Under the pieces are notes generated by a model that made no database searches, was not told the origin of the DNA, and saw nothing but the letters and a program-made list of their open reading frames with translations. Source: a virus (taxonomy: Duplodnaviria > Heunggongvirae > Uroviricota > Caudoviricetes). Taken from it: 64,000 nt of DNA. Each line of letters opens with the position of its first letter. Position 1 is the stretch's first letter. This document shows positions 31,260 through 41,637 of the stretch, piece by piece. The stretch lies in IMG/VR virus record IMGVR_UViG_3300028833_002727. One strand, given 5' to 3'. Both the position numbers and the translations under genes were made by a program.

Positions 31260-32765
31260 ATGGAATTAAGTTCAATTATTACTATTTGTGTGGTTGTAGT
31301 CTTATTATTGGTGCTCGTTGCACTATCATACGTTAAGACTAGTCCTAACCAAGCCTTGGTTATCTCTGGATGGCCTAAAAAGAAACCTAAGTTTTTAATC
31401 GGTACTGGTGGGCTTCGTATCCCAGGTTTGCAGAAAATTGACAAACTTTACCTTGGACAATTATCTGTAGATATTAAGACTGATACATCAGTTCCAACGT
31501 CTGACTTTATCAATGTAGATGTAGATGCAGTAGCGAAAGTTCGTATCGACCCTAATCACATTGATATTGCAGCAGCAAACTTCCTTGGTAAATCACGTGA
31601 AGACATTGCACGAGAAATTAGAGACTCATTGCAAGGTAACATGCGTGAAATCATTGGTACACAAGACTTACGTTCTTTGAACAATGATAGAGATGGCTTC
31701 TCTAACCAAATTCAAGAAAAGGCTGCGCCAGATATGGCGAAACTTGGTATTGAGATTCTTTCATGTAACATTCAATCAATTACCGATAAGGAAGGATTGA
31801 TTCACGCACTTGGTGCTGACAACACATGTAAGATTACTAAGGATGCTTCTATCAACAAAGCAAATGCGGAACGTGACGTTGCAATCGCTAAGGCTCAAGC
31901 AGAGAAAGAGGCTAATGATGCTCGTGTCGCTTCTCAAACACAAATTGCTGAAAAGAATACTGAATTAGCAGTTCGTCAGGCTGAATTGAAACGCCAGGCT
32001 GATACCCAAAAGGCTATTGCCGACGCTGCTTATGAGATTCAAAAGCAAGAACAAGCAAAGGATATTAACGTGAAGACTGTTGAGGCAGAAACTGCTCGTG
32101 AAATACGTGCGCAAGAGCAACAACGTCAAATTAACAAACTTACAGTTGAAGCACAAGTTGAGCGTGCAAAACAAGAGCAACTTTTGAGAGAGCAAGAGAT
32201 TGCCATCCAGGAGAAAACTCTTCAAGCACAAATTAACAAGAAAGCAGATGCTGAGAAGTATCAGAAAGAGGTTGATGCAGCAGCCGTATTGGAGCAACGC
32301 AAACGTGAAGCAGAGGCTAAACGTTATGAGGCTGAACAAGAGGCAGCAGCAGTAAAAGCAAAAGCAGAGGCTGATTTATTCGCACAACAACAAAAAGCGG
32401 CAGGTATTGAGGCTGTAGGTAAGGCAGAAGCGGCAGCAATTAAGGCTAAAGGTGAAGCCGAGGCAGCAGCAATGGATAAAAAGGCTGAAGCGTTCAAGAA
32501 GTATGGACCAGCCGCTCTTGCAGAAATGGCATTCAACAAACTTCCTGAAGTTGCACGTGAAGTTGCACAACCAATTTCATCAATTAAGGATGTACACGTA
32601 TACGGTACTACAGGCTGTGAGGCTTCTGGTGTCGCAGGTAACGTTCCAGTTTTGATGAAACAAACTATGGATGTAATGCAAGAGGCAACTGGTGTAGATT
32701 TGCGTCAAATCATGCAAGACAACTCAAAAGTTGTTGCAGCAGGTGCTGAGGTAAAACATAAATAA
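31260..32765 (+). CDS. SPFH/band-7 flotillin-like protein
   Basis: N-terminal TM helix, an SPFH core, then a long EA-rich coiled coil (AEAKRYEAEQEAAAVKAKAEA...). Confidence 0.75.
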   Translation: MELSSIITICVVVVLLLVLVALSYVKTSPNQALVISGWPKKKPKFLIGTGGLRIPGLQKIDKLYLGQLSVDIKTDTSVPTSDFINVDVDAVAKVRIDPNHIDIAAANFLGKSREDIAREIRDSLQGNMREIIGTQDLRSLNNDRDGFSNQIQEKAAPDMAKLGIEILSCNIQSITDKEGLIHALGADNTCKITKDASINKANAERDVAIAKAQAEKEANDARVASQTQIAEKNTELAVRQAELKRQADTQKAIADAAYEIQKQEQAKDINVKTVEAETAREIRAQEQQRQINKLTVEAQVERAKQEQLLREQEIAIQEKTLQAQINKKADAEKYQKEVDAAAVLEQRKREAEAKRYEAEQEAAAVKAKAEADLFAQQQKAAGIEAVGKAEAAAIKAKGEAEAAAMDKKAEAFKKYGPAALAEMAFNKLPEVAREVAQPISSIKDVHVYGTTGCEASGVAGNVPVLMKQTMDVMQEATGVDLRQIMQDNSKVVAAGAEVKHK

Positions 32766-32858
32766 AACTTTACCCTTCATATATTAGAAAATAAACTGGT
32801 AATTTTCACGGATTATCAGTTTATTTTTGTATATTTACAGTGTAAAACAAAAACAAAC

Positions 32859-33401
32859 ATGAGAAAGATAGGTTTAAATGATAATGTGTGTATTAGACTA
32901 ACAGAAGTTGGCGCTAATGAAATAAACAGAGTTCACAAAGAGTTAATCGAAAACGTATTGAGATTAGGCGGTGCTGATATATCCAGGATTTATAGAACCA
33001 ACTATGTACCAAATGAAATTGTTGAAATGCAATTAAGTGATGTGTTTAATACTTTCAAAAATTTGAATTTTAACACTGGTGGTGAAATACCATTTACCTT
33101 ACATATAGTAGATTACTATGAGGAGTTACCTCAACAAATCAAACTTGATTCAACTGGAGAGATATATGATTTGTTTATTGAATATAACCCTGGTGGTACT
33201 GAAGGTTTCTTTGTTGGATATGATAAACCAAAAAAATACCATATTTGTGAAGATTTCAAACCGCTTATAGTAAATGGAATTGAATTAAACGCTTATGGTT
33301 ACACATTCCATGAAGCATGTGAGAAATTATACAATATATTAAGAAATAGAGATTTATCATGGGAAGTAATTCACATTAGAAAACAATTAAATATTAGTTA
33401 G
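32859..33401 (+). CDS. Hypothetical protein
   Basis: ORF. Confidence 0.4.
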   Translation: MRKIGLNDNVCIRLTEVGANEINRVHKELIENVLRLGGADISRIYRTNYVPNEIVEMQLSDVFNTFKNLNFNTGGEIPFTLHIVDYYEELPQQIKLDSTGEIYDLFIEYNPGGTEGFFVGYDKPKKYHICEDFKPLIVNGIELNAYGYTFHEACEKLYNILRNRDLSWEVIHIRKQLNIS

Positions 33402-33402
33402 T

Positions 33403-33597
33403 ATGGAACAAGTAAAGTACATTAAATTACATGGTACTGTCAACGATTTAGGTTTGATTTTAAGAGCCTATGACATTGTTATAGTAAAAGACAATAGAAT
33501 AAACAGAGAGGTTACGTTTATACTTGATGGAAAATTACACACATTTTTGGTAACGGACAGTATAGACTACATTTTTGATGAACTAACGAAAAAATAA
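33403..33597 (+). CDS. Small hypothetical protein
   Basis: ORF overlapping the upstream stop. Confidence 0.3.
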   Translation: MEQVKYIKLHGTVNDLGLILRAYDIVIVKDNRINREVTFILDGKLHTFLVTDSIDYIFDELTKK

Positions 33598-33609
33598 ATT
33601 TATATAGAC

Positions 33610-34104
33610 ATGGCAAAATATTCAAAAGATTTAGATTCAAAATTTGTAACGAGAGTTAGACAAATTAGTACGGAGTTTCCTATGCTTGGTGAGGTTAAAA
33701 TTGAACCAATTCGCTTAATTAAGGGTAATACGTATGGAGAAGTAATGAAAGCAAACGAGTTAACTCAATTATTCACTGGTGAAGAAAATGTAGTTGCAGT
33801 TGCGCTTTATGAAGAATTGTTTGACAAATTGGATGAAAATGTTCAAAACATTCTGATCCGCAATTTGCTTGAACAAATTAACGTTGAGGAATCAAAAGAT
33901 GGTATGAGTATCAAAGTTAAGATTGAGAAACCACAATTAAACCTTGGACTTGAAACATACCATTTGTACGGTGACATCGCAACCCAAGCATTAGAGGGTG
34001 TTCTACTTATTTTAGATCAGATGGCAGAACAGGAAAGAGAAATGAAAGAGTTGGCAAAACAAGAAAAAGCACGTAACAAAAAAAGTAAGAAAAAAGGATT
34101 CTAA
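33610..34104 (+). CDS. Hypothetical protein
   Basis: ORF. Confidence 0.4.
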   Translation: MAKYSKDLDSKFVTRVRQISTEFPMLGEVKIEPIRLIKGNTYGEVMKANELTQLFTGEENVVAVALYEELFDKLDENVQNILIRNLLEQINVEESKDGMSIKVKIEKPQLNLGLETYHLYGDIATQALEGVLLILDQMAEQEREMKELAKQEKARNKKSKKKGF

Positions 34105-34106
34105 TT

Positions 34107-34658
34107 ATGATATTTGGTATTAAAACAAGAAGAGAGTTAAAACAAGAGGTGTTAGACTTGGAAGACAGAATTTACAGAGCAAACAGTAAATTACTTGCTT
34201 TTTCTGATAAAAGCAATCGCGATGACGCAAAAATTAAGTTTTATGAAGACATCTTCAATCATTTGATTTTTGAAAATGGTAGCACGGACATTCCAGAAGG
34301 TTCGATATTATTAGAACTAAAGGAATTTAGCCTTATTGGTAAAACCGAAGAGGCAATCGAAGCACTTGAAGGTGTAAAGGAAGAAACTGAGACGCCAAAG
34401 TATAATGCGACATTATATTGTAATGAGGATGCACCATATATGTATCTTTCTAAAAAACTTACAGAAGGTTATAAATACTTTGCCGCTAATTTCTCAAAAG
34501 GTAGCATTCAGTTCTATTTGAACAATGATGGTAAAGGTATTGAGATTGATAGTAATAACCGAGTAAGAAATAAGTTAATTCTCCAACTTTTACAGGAGTT
34601 ATACGGGTTCATTGACGGAAAAAATTCATTATTTTTCGAAAAAATTCAAATTTTTTGA
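34107..34658 (+). CDS. Hypothetical protein
   Basis: ORF. Confidence 0.4.
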   Translation: MIFGIKTRRELKQEVLDLEDRIYRANSKLLAFSDKSNRDDAKIKFYEDIFNHLIFENGSTDIPEGSILLELKEFSLIGKTEEAIEALEGVKEETETPKYNATLYCNEDAPYMYLSKKLTEGYKYFAANFSKGSIQFYLNNDGKGIEIDSNNRVRNKLILQLLQELYGFIDGKNSLFFEKIQIF

Positions 34659-34959
34659 TATTTTTTAAATTATTCGTATATTTATTGTAGAAGAAATTAA
34701 AAAAGTAGACAAAAACACGTTACAACAAAATGATTAACAATTACACAAATATTATTAGTGCTGCCACATCTAGTTTATCAAACTTAGATGAACAACATTC
34801 ATGTGATCCAGCCAATAATGTCGCGTTGTAGGAGTTAATCGGAGATATAACTAAAAAAATAGACGAGTGTTTAGAAAGTGATTTTCCTCCTCCTACAATC
34901 AAAAGTAGCGTGGAGGTTTTTTAGTGCTTAAAAAGATTTTTTGCATTTTTTTCGTAAAA

Positions 34960-34995
34960 TATTTGGTTATTTGAAAAAAAAGCAGTATCTTTGCA
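34960..34995 (+). promoter_or_regulatory. Bacteroidetes sigma-A-type promoter. It is copy 1 of a 5-copy ~40-nt repeat.
   Basis: TTTG at 34962-34965 and TAtcTTTG at 34986-34993. The wider sequence AAATATTTGGTTATTTGAAAAAAAAGCAGTATCTTTGCACCAG is shared. Confidence 0.6.
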
Positions 34996-35080
34996 CCAGA
35001 AATTGAATGTCACGGATAAAAAGTTACGCGAAAGCACTTGACTTTTTGAAAAGATCAGTGATATTGAAATTAGAAACAAT

Positions 35081-35192
35081 GGGCTATTAGTTTAATGGAG
35101 TACGACGCGTCTATTAAAGAAGTTTAACTTCGACTCGTACGCTAGAATGCCAGGCAGTCCTGTTGAATGAGGTTCGATTCCTTGATAGTCCG
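35081..35192 (+). ncRNA. tRNA-like element A (112 nt). It has a 7-bp acceptor, a canonical T-arm and an unresolved core with an extra long hairpin.
   Basis: GGGCTAT pairs ATAGTCC. The T-arm is TGAGG-TTCGATT-CCTTG. The element lies ~70 nt downstream of promoter copy 1. Confidence 0.35.
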
Positions 35193-35217
35193 CAAAAAAA
35201 AATAAAAAAAATGCAAA

Positions 35218-35255
35218 AATATTTGGTTATTTGAAAAAATTGCCGTATCTTTGCA
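35218..35255 (+). promoter_or_regulatory. Promoter repeat copy 2
   Basis: TTTG at 35222-35225 and TAtcTTTG at 35246-35253. Confidence 0.55.
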
Positions 35256-35628
35256 CCAGATTTCAGTAATGAAGTCTACAAGTGGATAAGATTGAAACAA
35301 CGAAACATAGTCGACAGTTTCTATGTGGGGAGTGTTGGAAGAACAATAAATCCACACCAATGTGTTCTTTGACGTATTGATTGACTATAGAAAAAAGACA
35401 TGGAACGGTTGGGAATACCTCTCAACCACCAGATGCACCTGTTCCACGTTGTGAAACGCATTTGGGTTCGTCCTTTTATCTATTATATATATTATAAGGT
35501 GTAAGACTTGGCGAAATGTTGGGAATGAAAAGAAGCATTGATGAGTGTATATAATGATAATTGAAATAAACATTAAGGAATATATAACTGTAATTAAACC
35601 TTATAAAAAACTTAGTTCAGTTCAACTT

Positions 35629-36397
35629 GGCGCTGTGGTGGAATTGGTAGACACGAGGGACTTAATTCGTAATTGATTGATTATCAATACATTACAATTT
35701 GAGTGATACGGCACGAAAGTCCGTATTAGAACCTACCTAATTCGGTAGAAGTCCGTTGAGTATGTGTAGTATCACTTGTTGATGCAATAATAATGCGACA
35801 CTCATGTGTCACAGAGGCGGTTGAGAACCCGCCCGCATACAAATCCCATAGCATAAACAAAGATATGTGTGAGGGTGCTAAACAATAATGTATACGGAAA
35901 ATACCGAGCCAATATGCTATGCAAGGATGCTTCTGTTATAATAATCCATATCACTGTGGATGTTCGACGTTCACTCGTCGTGGAAAACAGTTTTAGACGT
36001 AAAAAGCGAAGTATAGTGATAGTGCGTAGAGACTTTACAGTAGGAACCTAAGTTAGAATTGTTATGTTAGAACGAAACTCGCGATCAATTGAGGGTATGT
36101 GTATTGCCGTTGATGATTGGTAACCATCTGATGCTTCGAGCATAAAAACGCCATGTTGCATGGAACGCACACAAATAGTAGAGGAGAGTGGCATAACAAC
36201 TTGCAAGATTCTAATATGGTTTAGAGCAAGTCCAGACTACAACAAACAACAAAACGGGTTTGACTCCCTTAGTAGGCTAACGACCCGCTGAACGAGAAAT
36301 CGTTATACGATGCTGTTGTTTGGCTATGGCAACATAGAGTAGTATGAAAATCCCTTGCCCAGTGATGGGCGTGCCGGTTCGAGTCCGGCCAGCGCTA
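35629..36397 (+). tRNA. tRNA-Leu(UAA) interrupted by an intron. Exons are 35629-35663 and 36347-36397.
   Basis: The 5' exon is GGCGCTG-TG-GTG-GAATTGGTAGA-CAC-G-AGGGA-CTT. The 3' exon is AAAA-TCCCT-TGCCCAGTGATGGGCG(long variable arm)-GCCGG-TTCGAGT-CCGGC-CAGCGCT-A73. The intron sits between U34 and A35. Confidence 0.7.
35664..36346 (+). ncRNA. Putative group I intron (~683 nt, no ORF) in tRNA-Leu(UAA)
   Basis: It lies at the canonical cyanobacterial/plastid trnL(UAA) position. The 5' exon ends in U and the intron ends in G. An IGS-like AAGTCC (35716-35721) is complementary to the exon GGACTT. A P7-like CAGACTA lies at ~36228. Confidence 0.5.
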
Positions 36398-36540
36398 CAA
36401 ACCTCCTTTCGTTAAAAACTCCTGGGTTTTCAGAGTTTCCAAATCTGGTTAGCAGAAGCCCTTTCTTTTTTTAAAAAATTAACAAAAAAATGTAATACTT
36501 TTCGAACTTTACAAGTATTTATTATAAAAGAAAGTAAATT

Positions 36541-37122
36541 ATGGATAGTATTAGATTTTGTAAAAAACATGGCGAATGTGAACACGTGTTAAGTTCTGGT
36601 AAGTGGCGTTGTAAAAAATGCCGTAGTGAAGCGGTACAAAAACGTAGAGATAAGATTAAACTAATGTCTATTGAATATAAGGGTGGAAAATGTGAAATAT
36701 GCGGATATGACAAATGTATAGATGCATTAGAATTTCATCATTTAAATCCAAATGAAAAAGATTTTGGTATTGCCGAAAAAGGGTACACACGTTCATTTGA
36801 TAAAGTAAAAGAAGAGTTAGATAAATGTATTTTAGTTTGTGCGAATTGTCACAGAGAAATACACCATAAAGATAAAAAAAGAAATGTTTATGAATTGTTA
36901 AATGAAATTCACAATAAACAAGAAAAAGCAATTACGTCTAAAAAAGAAAGAAAACAAATACCAACCATAGATGAATTTATATCAGTATTTAAAATGTATT
37001 TAAACTTTACACAAGTTGGAAAATATTTTGGTGTCACAGATAATTCTGTGAGGAAATGGTGTAAAAAATATGGTTTACCAATCCATACTAAAGAATTGTG
37101 TAGGTATATACATAACATGTAA
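36541..37122 (+). CDS. HNH homing endonuclease with a C-terminal HTH-like module
   Basis: GKCEICGY...EFHHLNPNEKD...CANCHREIHH. Conserved leader AAGTATTTATTATAAAAG upstream. The stop overlaps the tRNA-Asn start. Confidence 0.75.
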   Translation: MDSIRFCKKHGECEHVLSSGKWRCKKCRSEAVQKRRDKIKLMSIEYKGGKCEICGYDKCIDALEFHHLNPNEKDFGIAEKGYTRSFDKVKEELDKCILVCANCHREIHHKDKKRNVYELLNEIHNKQEKAITSKKERKQIPTIDEFISVFKMYLNFTQVGKYFGVTDNSVRKWCKKYGLPIHTKELCRYIHNM

Positions 37123-37199
37123 CCGTAGTCAAGTGGCCAACGACAGCAGACTGTTAATCTGCCCCGAAAGGTTCCCAGGTTCGAATCCTGGCGGTTGCG
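37119..37199 (+). tRNA. tRNA-Asn(GUU), atypical 12-nt variable region
   Basis: Acceptor GTAACCG/CGGTTGC. Anticodon arm GCAGA-CTGTTAA-TCTGC. T-arm CCAGG-TTCGAAT-CCTGG. Confidence 0.55.
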
Positions 37200-37730
37200 C
37201 AAAAATCCAACACACCATTCCGTAAGTGGTTGAGGTTGATGTCTTTGTAGAGTATAGCGGTTACGGACGTGATTTTCTACATCTGGCTAAAGGCAATAAT
37301 ATAGTGAAACCTGGTTATCACGGCGCCTAGAGTGCGCAATTCGGGTTCAAATCCTGGCTATTGACAATAAGAGAGGCATACAGCAAAACAAAAAACTATT
37401 TTTTTAAAAACATTGAATTTGGGTTTCAAAAACGTTATAAAAAAGTGCCTCTTGTACTCAAGTATATATAGCCGCCACCCCCAAGTACAAGGGGCACACC
37501 AGACTTACATGGTTATCTCTTTTCCTGGAGAGATTGTAAAATAGGGCATTAGGAGCGAGTTAGTTGGATCAGAACTTATCTGATTAGAGAATTGCCCGCA
37601 GTCTGCGAACGTAAATAAGCAGTAATGGTAGATATGGGGAGCACTGAATTACGTAATAGATGTTTCATGAAACTATCTAAAAGTGACAAGCAAGCCACTT
37701 TAGCGTGTGATAAAACCGCACAGGGCGCCG

Positions 37731-38966
37731 ATAGTTGAGGGACAACAACTTTAAAAACCTCTATGGAGAAGTACAATTCATGGCAAAGTATAGACGGGGT
37801 TGAGGTGGTGCGCACTGTACTATAAAAAGAGTAAGGATAAGGAAAATGCGTAGCCTCACTTATAGTTGAAGGAAAACAACTTTAAAAAAGACAATAACCT
37901 ATGAATAATTAGGTGAGTTAAACCAGCTACACAAATGCTGTATGTGATAGTGATAAAATGCAGCCATGGAGGCTAACAAAAAGATTGCAAACTTTTTGAA
38001 TGCATTAATAACTTCCATGATTAAATAGTTGAAGGAAAACAACTTTAAAAACCAATATTAAACCACGAAAAAGACTAGAAGTTACAGCGTTGCTCCATTT
38101 TAGCCGAGGACGAAGCCGTGTGGGTCACTATTGAAATGAAGACTCTTTCCGGTGGGGAGAGTGATATTACTTTCACTAATGGAGGTGGGAGTGATAGGAT
38201 AGGCCAAAAACAGCACTATGTGGTTTATATTTAAAGTATTGCGCTGGTGATGAGAAGATACCAGTACCACAGGCCGTAGAAAGCAAAGAGAAATAATTGC
38301 GCAATAAAACTCTTGGGCGTACTACTGATAAGCGAAGATAAAGGTTAAAACTAGGCTGCTTCGGATACTTCAATATAGTTGAAGGAAAACAACTTAAATG
38401 AACCAAATTTAACTCCTATCGTCTAGTGGTTTAGGACATGCCGCGGTAAAGACATTGGTTCGAATCCAATTGGGAGTTCTTTGTGAAGAAAAACGGCTTA
38501 TAAAAAGCAACTTAGAAAAGTCGAGGAACTTCTGTTTATGCAATTTGACATTACGTCACCAGTCGATATTCGATGAGGCTCTGAATAGGTCGCACCTTAT
38601 AAGTAGGGGAATTGAGTACATAAACAGCGGGAGAAAGGTAAACTCGTGGGCTGGTTCGCTCTCCCAAATTTATAGTTGAAGGAAAACAACTCTAAAAACC
38701 CATACAGATGGAGTGAGAGATACTCGATTCGGTTGAAGGTGTCCTGCCGATAACAACGAGACATATCCTAAACATCGGGATAATTTTGATGTTCGGTTAG
38801 TTAGATACCGCTTGATAGGTGTACAATGTCAAGTTGCTAATCGTTAATAGGCCGACAGGTAATCTGTTCTTATTACGCGAGTTGCCTGAGTTCGAACACG
38901 CTTCTTCCGAACAGAACAGAAAAGTATCTTTTAATTATAGTTGAAGGAAACAACTTAAAAAATCCC
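37731..38966 (+). repeat. Six copies of the hairpin motif TAGTTGAAGGAAAACAACTTTAAAAA in an ORF-free structured region
   Basis: Copies at 37731-37759, 37861-37890, 38025-38053, 38375-38400, 38671-38700 and 38937-38966. The stem is AGTTG/CAACT with an 8-nt loop. Spacing is irregular (127-347 nt). Confidence 0.7.
38410..38477 (+). pseudogene. tRNA-like (Glu/Val-type body) with a disrupted anticodon arm
   Basis: Acceptor ACTCCTA/TGGGAGT. D-arm GTCTAGTGGTTTAGGAC. T-arm ATTGG-TTCGAAT-CCAAT. No foldable anticodon stem. Confidence 0.4.
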
Positions 38967-39470
38967 AATAATGGTGATGAAAAGGTAGCACTTATATGCC
39001 TCGTAAGCATATGGTTATACAATTCCGGATTAAAGTATGACTTATTGACTTCAATTCAATCGTCACCGAAATTACATATAAGTTGGCAGACTTATATAAT
39101 GTCCTTTTGGACAACCTTATCGGTTAATGATACTACTCCGATGAATGATGTAAAAAATGGGCTTACTTAACATCTGCCCCCGAATAGTTTCAATGCACAC
39201 TGCCAATTTGCATTGTTAGGAAAGTCGGTGTTCGTTCAGAAATCTCCTGATATACGACTCTAACTCGATTATATCAGTGTGAAGTATCTTTTAGTATAGT
39301 GAAGCAATCCTACTCAGTGGAAAGTGAGGGTGTGAGTTCCCATATCCAAGAAACAGAAAAAAATCAGAACACATGGAAAATCATAATTTTCTTAAAAAGA
39401 GGCTTAGGATGTGAATTGGAACCGTTAAGCAAATGTATGATTTGACTATCAGGAATAGACTGATACTTTT

Positions 39471-39542
39471 GCCCCGTTCGTCTAGTGGCCCAGGACATCG
39501 CCCTTTCACGGCGGAAACTCGGATTCGAATTCCGGACGGGGT
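39471..39542 (+). tRNA. tRNA-Glu(UUC)
   Basis: GCCCCGT...GTCTAGTGGCCCAGGAC-A-TCGCC-CTTTCAC-GGCGG...TTCGAAT...ACGGGGT. Confidence 0.85.
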
Positions 39543-40829
39543 ACAACAAAAGATTACTTATTACTGATCTTCTACTATAAATTTTATAAGTGTTAGGATT
39601 GGAAGTGTCCATACTTAATGAGTGGTTGCCCACCGGATCTATTAACGCCCATTGGTAACAGATGGAAACGCAACTTAGTCGGATAAATGGAAAAAGAAAC
39701 TTTAAGTTCAATTTTATGTGAGTGTAACTGAAAAGGAATTGCATAAAATATATTTACCTTTGGTGTAAAAACACGCTTATATAATTTTTTTACGTATATT
39801 TAAAACGAAGAGAGACGTACAGCAAAACTCACACTTTATTGGAAAACAGCAAATTTTCTACCAAAAGCAAATTGTCTCTTGTAAATGCTTGAATACTTTT
39901 CATAAGCAACATATACGGAAGACGTACAGCAAAGCATTTTTAGGATAACACTTTTAATGTTAAATTCTTGTCTTCTGAACTACAGTTGGCAACTGACTTA
40001 TAGTTGCGGAGAAAATCGGGATGATAACCCGTTGACTGTTGTGTGTTTTCAACATGACGTGAACACTCGCTGAGGTTAGAATTTTTCCGCATAGGCTAAT
40101 CACCAGAAATTCAAATTTTTCAACTCCACCATTTCATTGGTGGACAAAGACACGAAACCCTAACACGGTACTAAATTCGTGACTGCCAGGTTATAAGGTT
40201 GCTCCTGACAAAAATAGTTCTTAGGTGAACGGTATGCCAATAAGCTTTTAATTAGCGCCTGAAGCAGACTTTCTTCGGTGGGTGAAAGTCAAACCTGGGT
40301 CGCGCCAGGATTGGTAGCAAATAATAACTTATGTGCCTGAATAAGCGGTAGACTGCTGCTAAAGGACGTATTGTTGTACTGAAAAGTACGCGGTGCGGTT
40401 AACGGGCATTACGAAGCATAAAGTTGAATTAGCCACGGTTGGCCAACCGTGAGTGACGTAAGAACAGGACAAATCGTGTTTTATGACTGAGGTCTGTATC
40501 CTGTTGGAGGTAATCATTCCTCCCACCCATTCAAACTAAGAGAGTTGCTAACTCTTAGGGGTGTGACTGAATAATGTGCGTAGTGTTTGGTTTTATAGGT
40601 AGTCAGGAATCCTATCATTTGTTATTACCTTTTATGTCTTATGTTGTATTATTCTTTTTTGTGAGATATAAACAACTGTCCCAAGACATTAGACTTGTGA
40701 AAGGCTGTAGTGTTTGTTTTATTAGTTTTCTGTCAAAGTGCAGTAACCTTGACGTCAGGACAAAACATGAAAACTAATTTTTATCGTGGCAGAGTGAAAC
40801 GGATATGTCGATAAGCATTTCGGCAGACA

Positions 40830-40881
40830 TCATCAGAGGCTCATAACCTCTGGATAGTGGGTTCGACTCCCGCAGCCGCAA
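40830..40881 (+). other. Partial tRNA-like: anticodon arm (CAU), T-arm and 3' acceptor strand without a matching 5' half
   Basis: AGAGG-CTCATAA-CCTCT, GGATA, GTGGG-TTCGACT-CCCGC, AGCCGCA-A. No complementary TGCGGCT upstream. Confidence 0.3.
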
Positions 40882-40887
40882 CAATAT

Positions 40888-40961
40888 GATAGCGTAGCTC
40901 AACTGGTTAGAGTGCTGGCCTGTCACGCCAGTGGTTGCGGGTTCGAGTCCCGTCGCTATCG
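40888..40961 (+). tRNA. tRNA-Asp(GUC)
   Basis: GATAGCG/CGCTATC acceptor. CTGGC-CTGTCAC-GCCAG anticodon arm. Confidence 0.85.
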
Positions 40962-40998
40962 CTAAAGATAGACGTACAGCGAACAACTAACTCATTTG

Positions 40999-41082
40999 GG
41001 AACTATGGGTCGTGGGTTCGAGTCCCGCCCGCCCGACTAAATAACACAAATCGGGCGGTAGCTCAGTTGGCAGAGCAATAGT
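40999..41082 (+). other. Permuted tRNA locus 1. The 3' half (41002-41036) lies upstream of the 5' half (41052-41082).
   Basis: The 3' half is ACTAT-GGGTC-GTGGG-TTCGAGT-CCCGC-CCGCCCG-A. A 15-nt spacer follows. The 5' half is CGGGCGG-TA-GCTC-AGTTGGCA-GAGC-A-ATAGT. The acceptor strands are perfectly complementary and the anticodon-stem halves ATAGT/ACTAT are complementary. Leader ATAGAC is complementary to trailer GTCTAT. Confidence 0.45.
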
Positions 41083-41489
41083 AGAGAAAAAAATGTCTAT
41101 TGTAATTTTATGTTGTGTTATTTTCTTTTTGTAAATATGAACAACAGTGAGTAAACACTATAACATCTGGCGGAGAGGTGTGGATTTGTTCCACGTTTCC
41201 AGCGCGGTAACGCTCTAAAATTCCAGTAGCCCGTAGGTGAGCGGGTGAAGAGACTGTGGAGGGAAGAGGCAACGAACCCTGTGAAACAGTAATATCATAA
41301 GCCAAATTTCGGTTGGTAGATAATCACCTTCCAGTATTGATGCAAACTTTGTAATAGGGTGAAACAATGTTACATCGGGCAACCCCGTTTGCGTTTCTAA
41401 GCGGCTAGGATGTAGGTTGACACTTGGTAATACGAGTGGGGCTACGGACACCGACAAGGCTTTTTGGTTGCTCATCAATACTTTTTAAT

Positions 41490-41564
41490 GGGGGATTAGC
41501 TCAGTCTGGCTAGAGCACCTGCTTTGCAAGCAGGGGGTCGTGGATTCGAATTCCACATCCTCCA
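41490..41564 (+). tRNA. tRNA-Ala(UGC)
   Basis: GGGGGAT...CCTGC-TTTGCAA-GCAGG...GTGGA-TTCGAAT-TCCAC-ATCCTCC-A. Confidence 0.85.
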
Positions 41565-41637
41565 CTTTTGTAAAAAAAAAGTTCGAAATAAGTATTTTTC
41601 CACACTAATGAAGTATTTATATATAAACAATAAAAAT

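Noticed and set aside
37731-38966. Possible CRISPR array, from the repeated 26-30-nt hairpin motif
   Set aside because: The spacings are 127-347 nt and irregular, far longer than CRISPR spacers. There are no cas genes. The motif behaves like a processing or regulatory hairpin.
39364-39744. Minus-strand ORFs overlapping tRNAs or structured RNA (39364-39744, 40774-40986, 45708-45908, 48807-49223, 55804-56049, 53087-53407 and others)
   Set aside because: They lie antisense to clear tRNA genes or inside GC-rich structured non-coding DNA. They have no ribosome-binding sites or motifs. They are spurious.
41524-41637. N-terminal extension of the HNH ORF (41524) and of the ORFs at 54586, 55307, 57265, 58225 and 59697
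   Set aside because: The extensions overlap tRNA genes. Downstream in-frame ATGs sit after the conserved leader or a ribosome-binding site and are more plausible starts.
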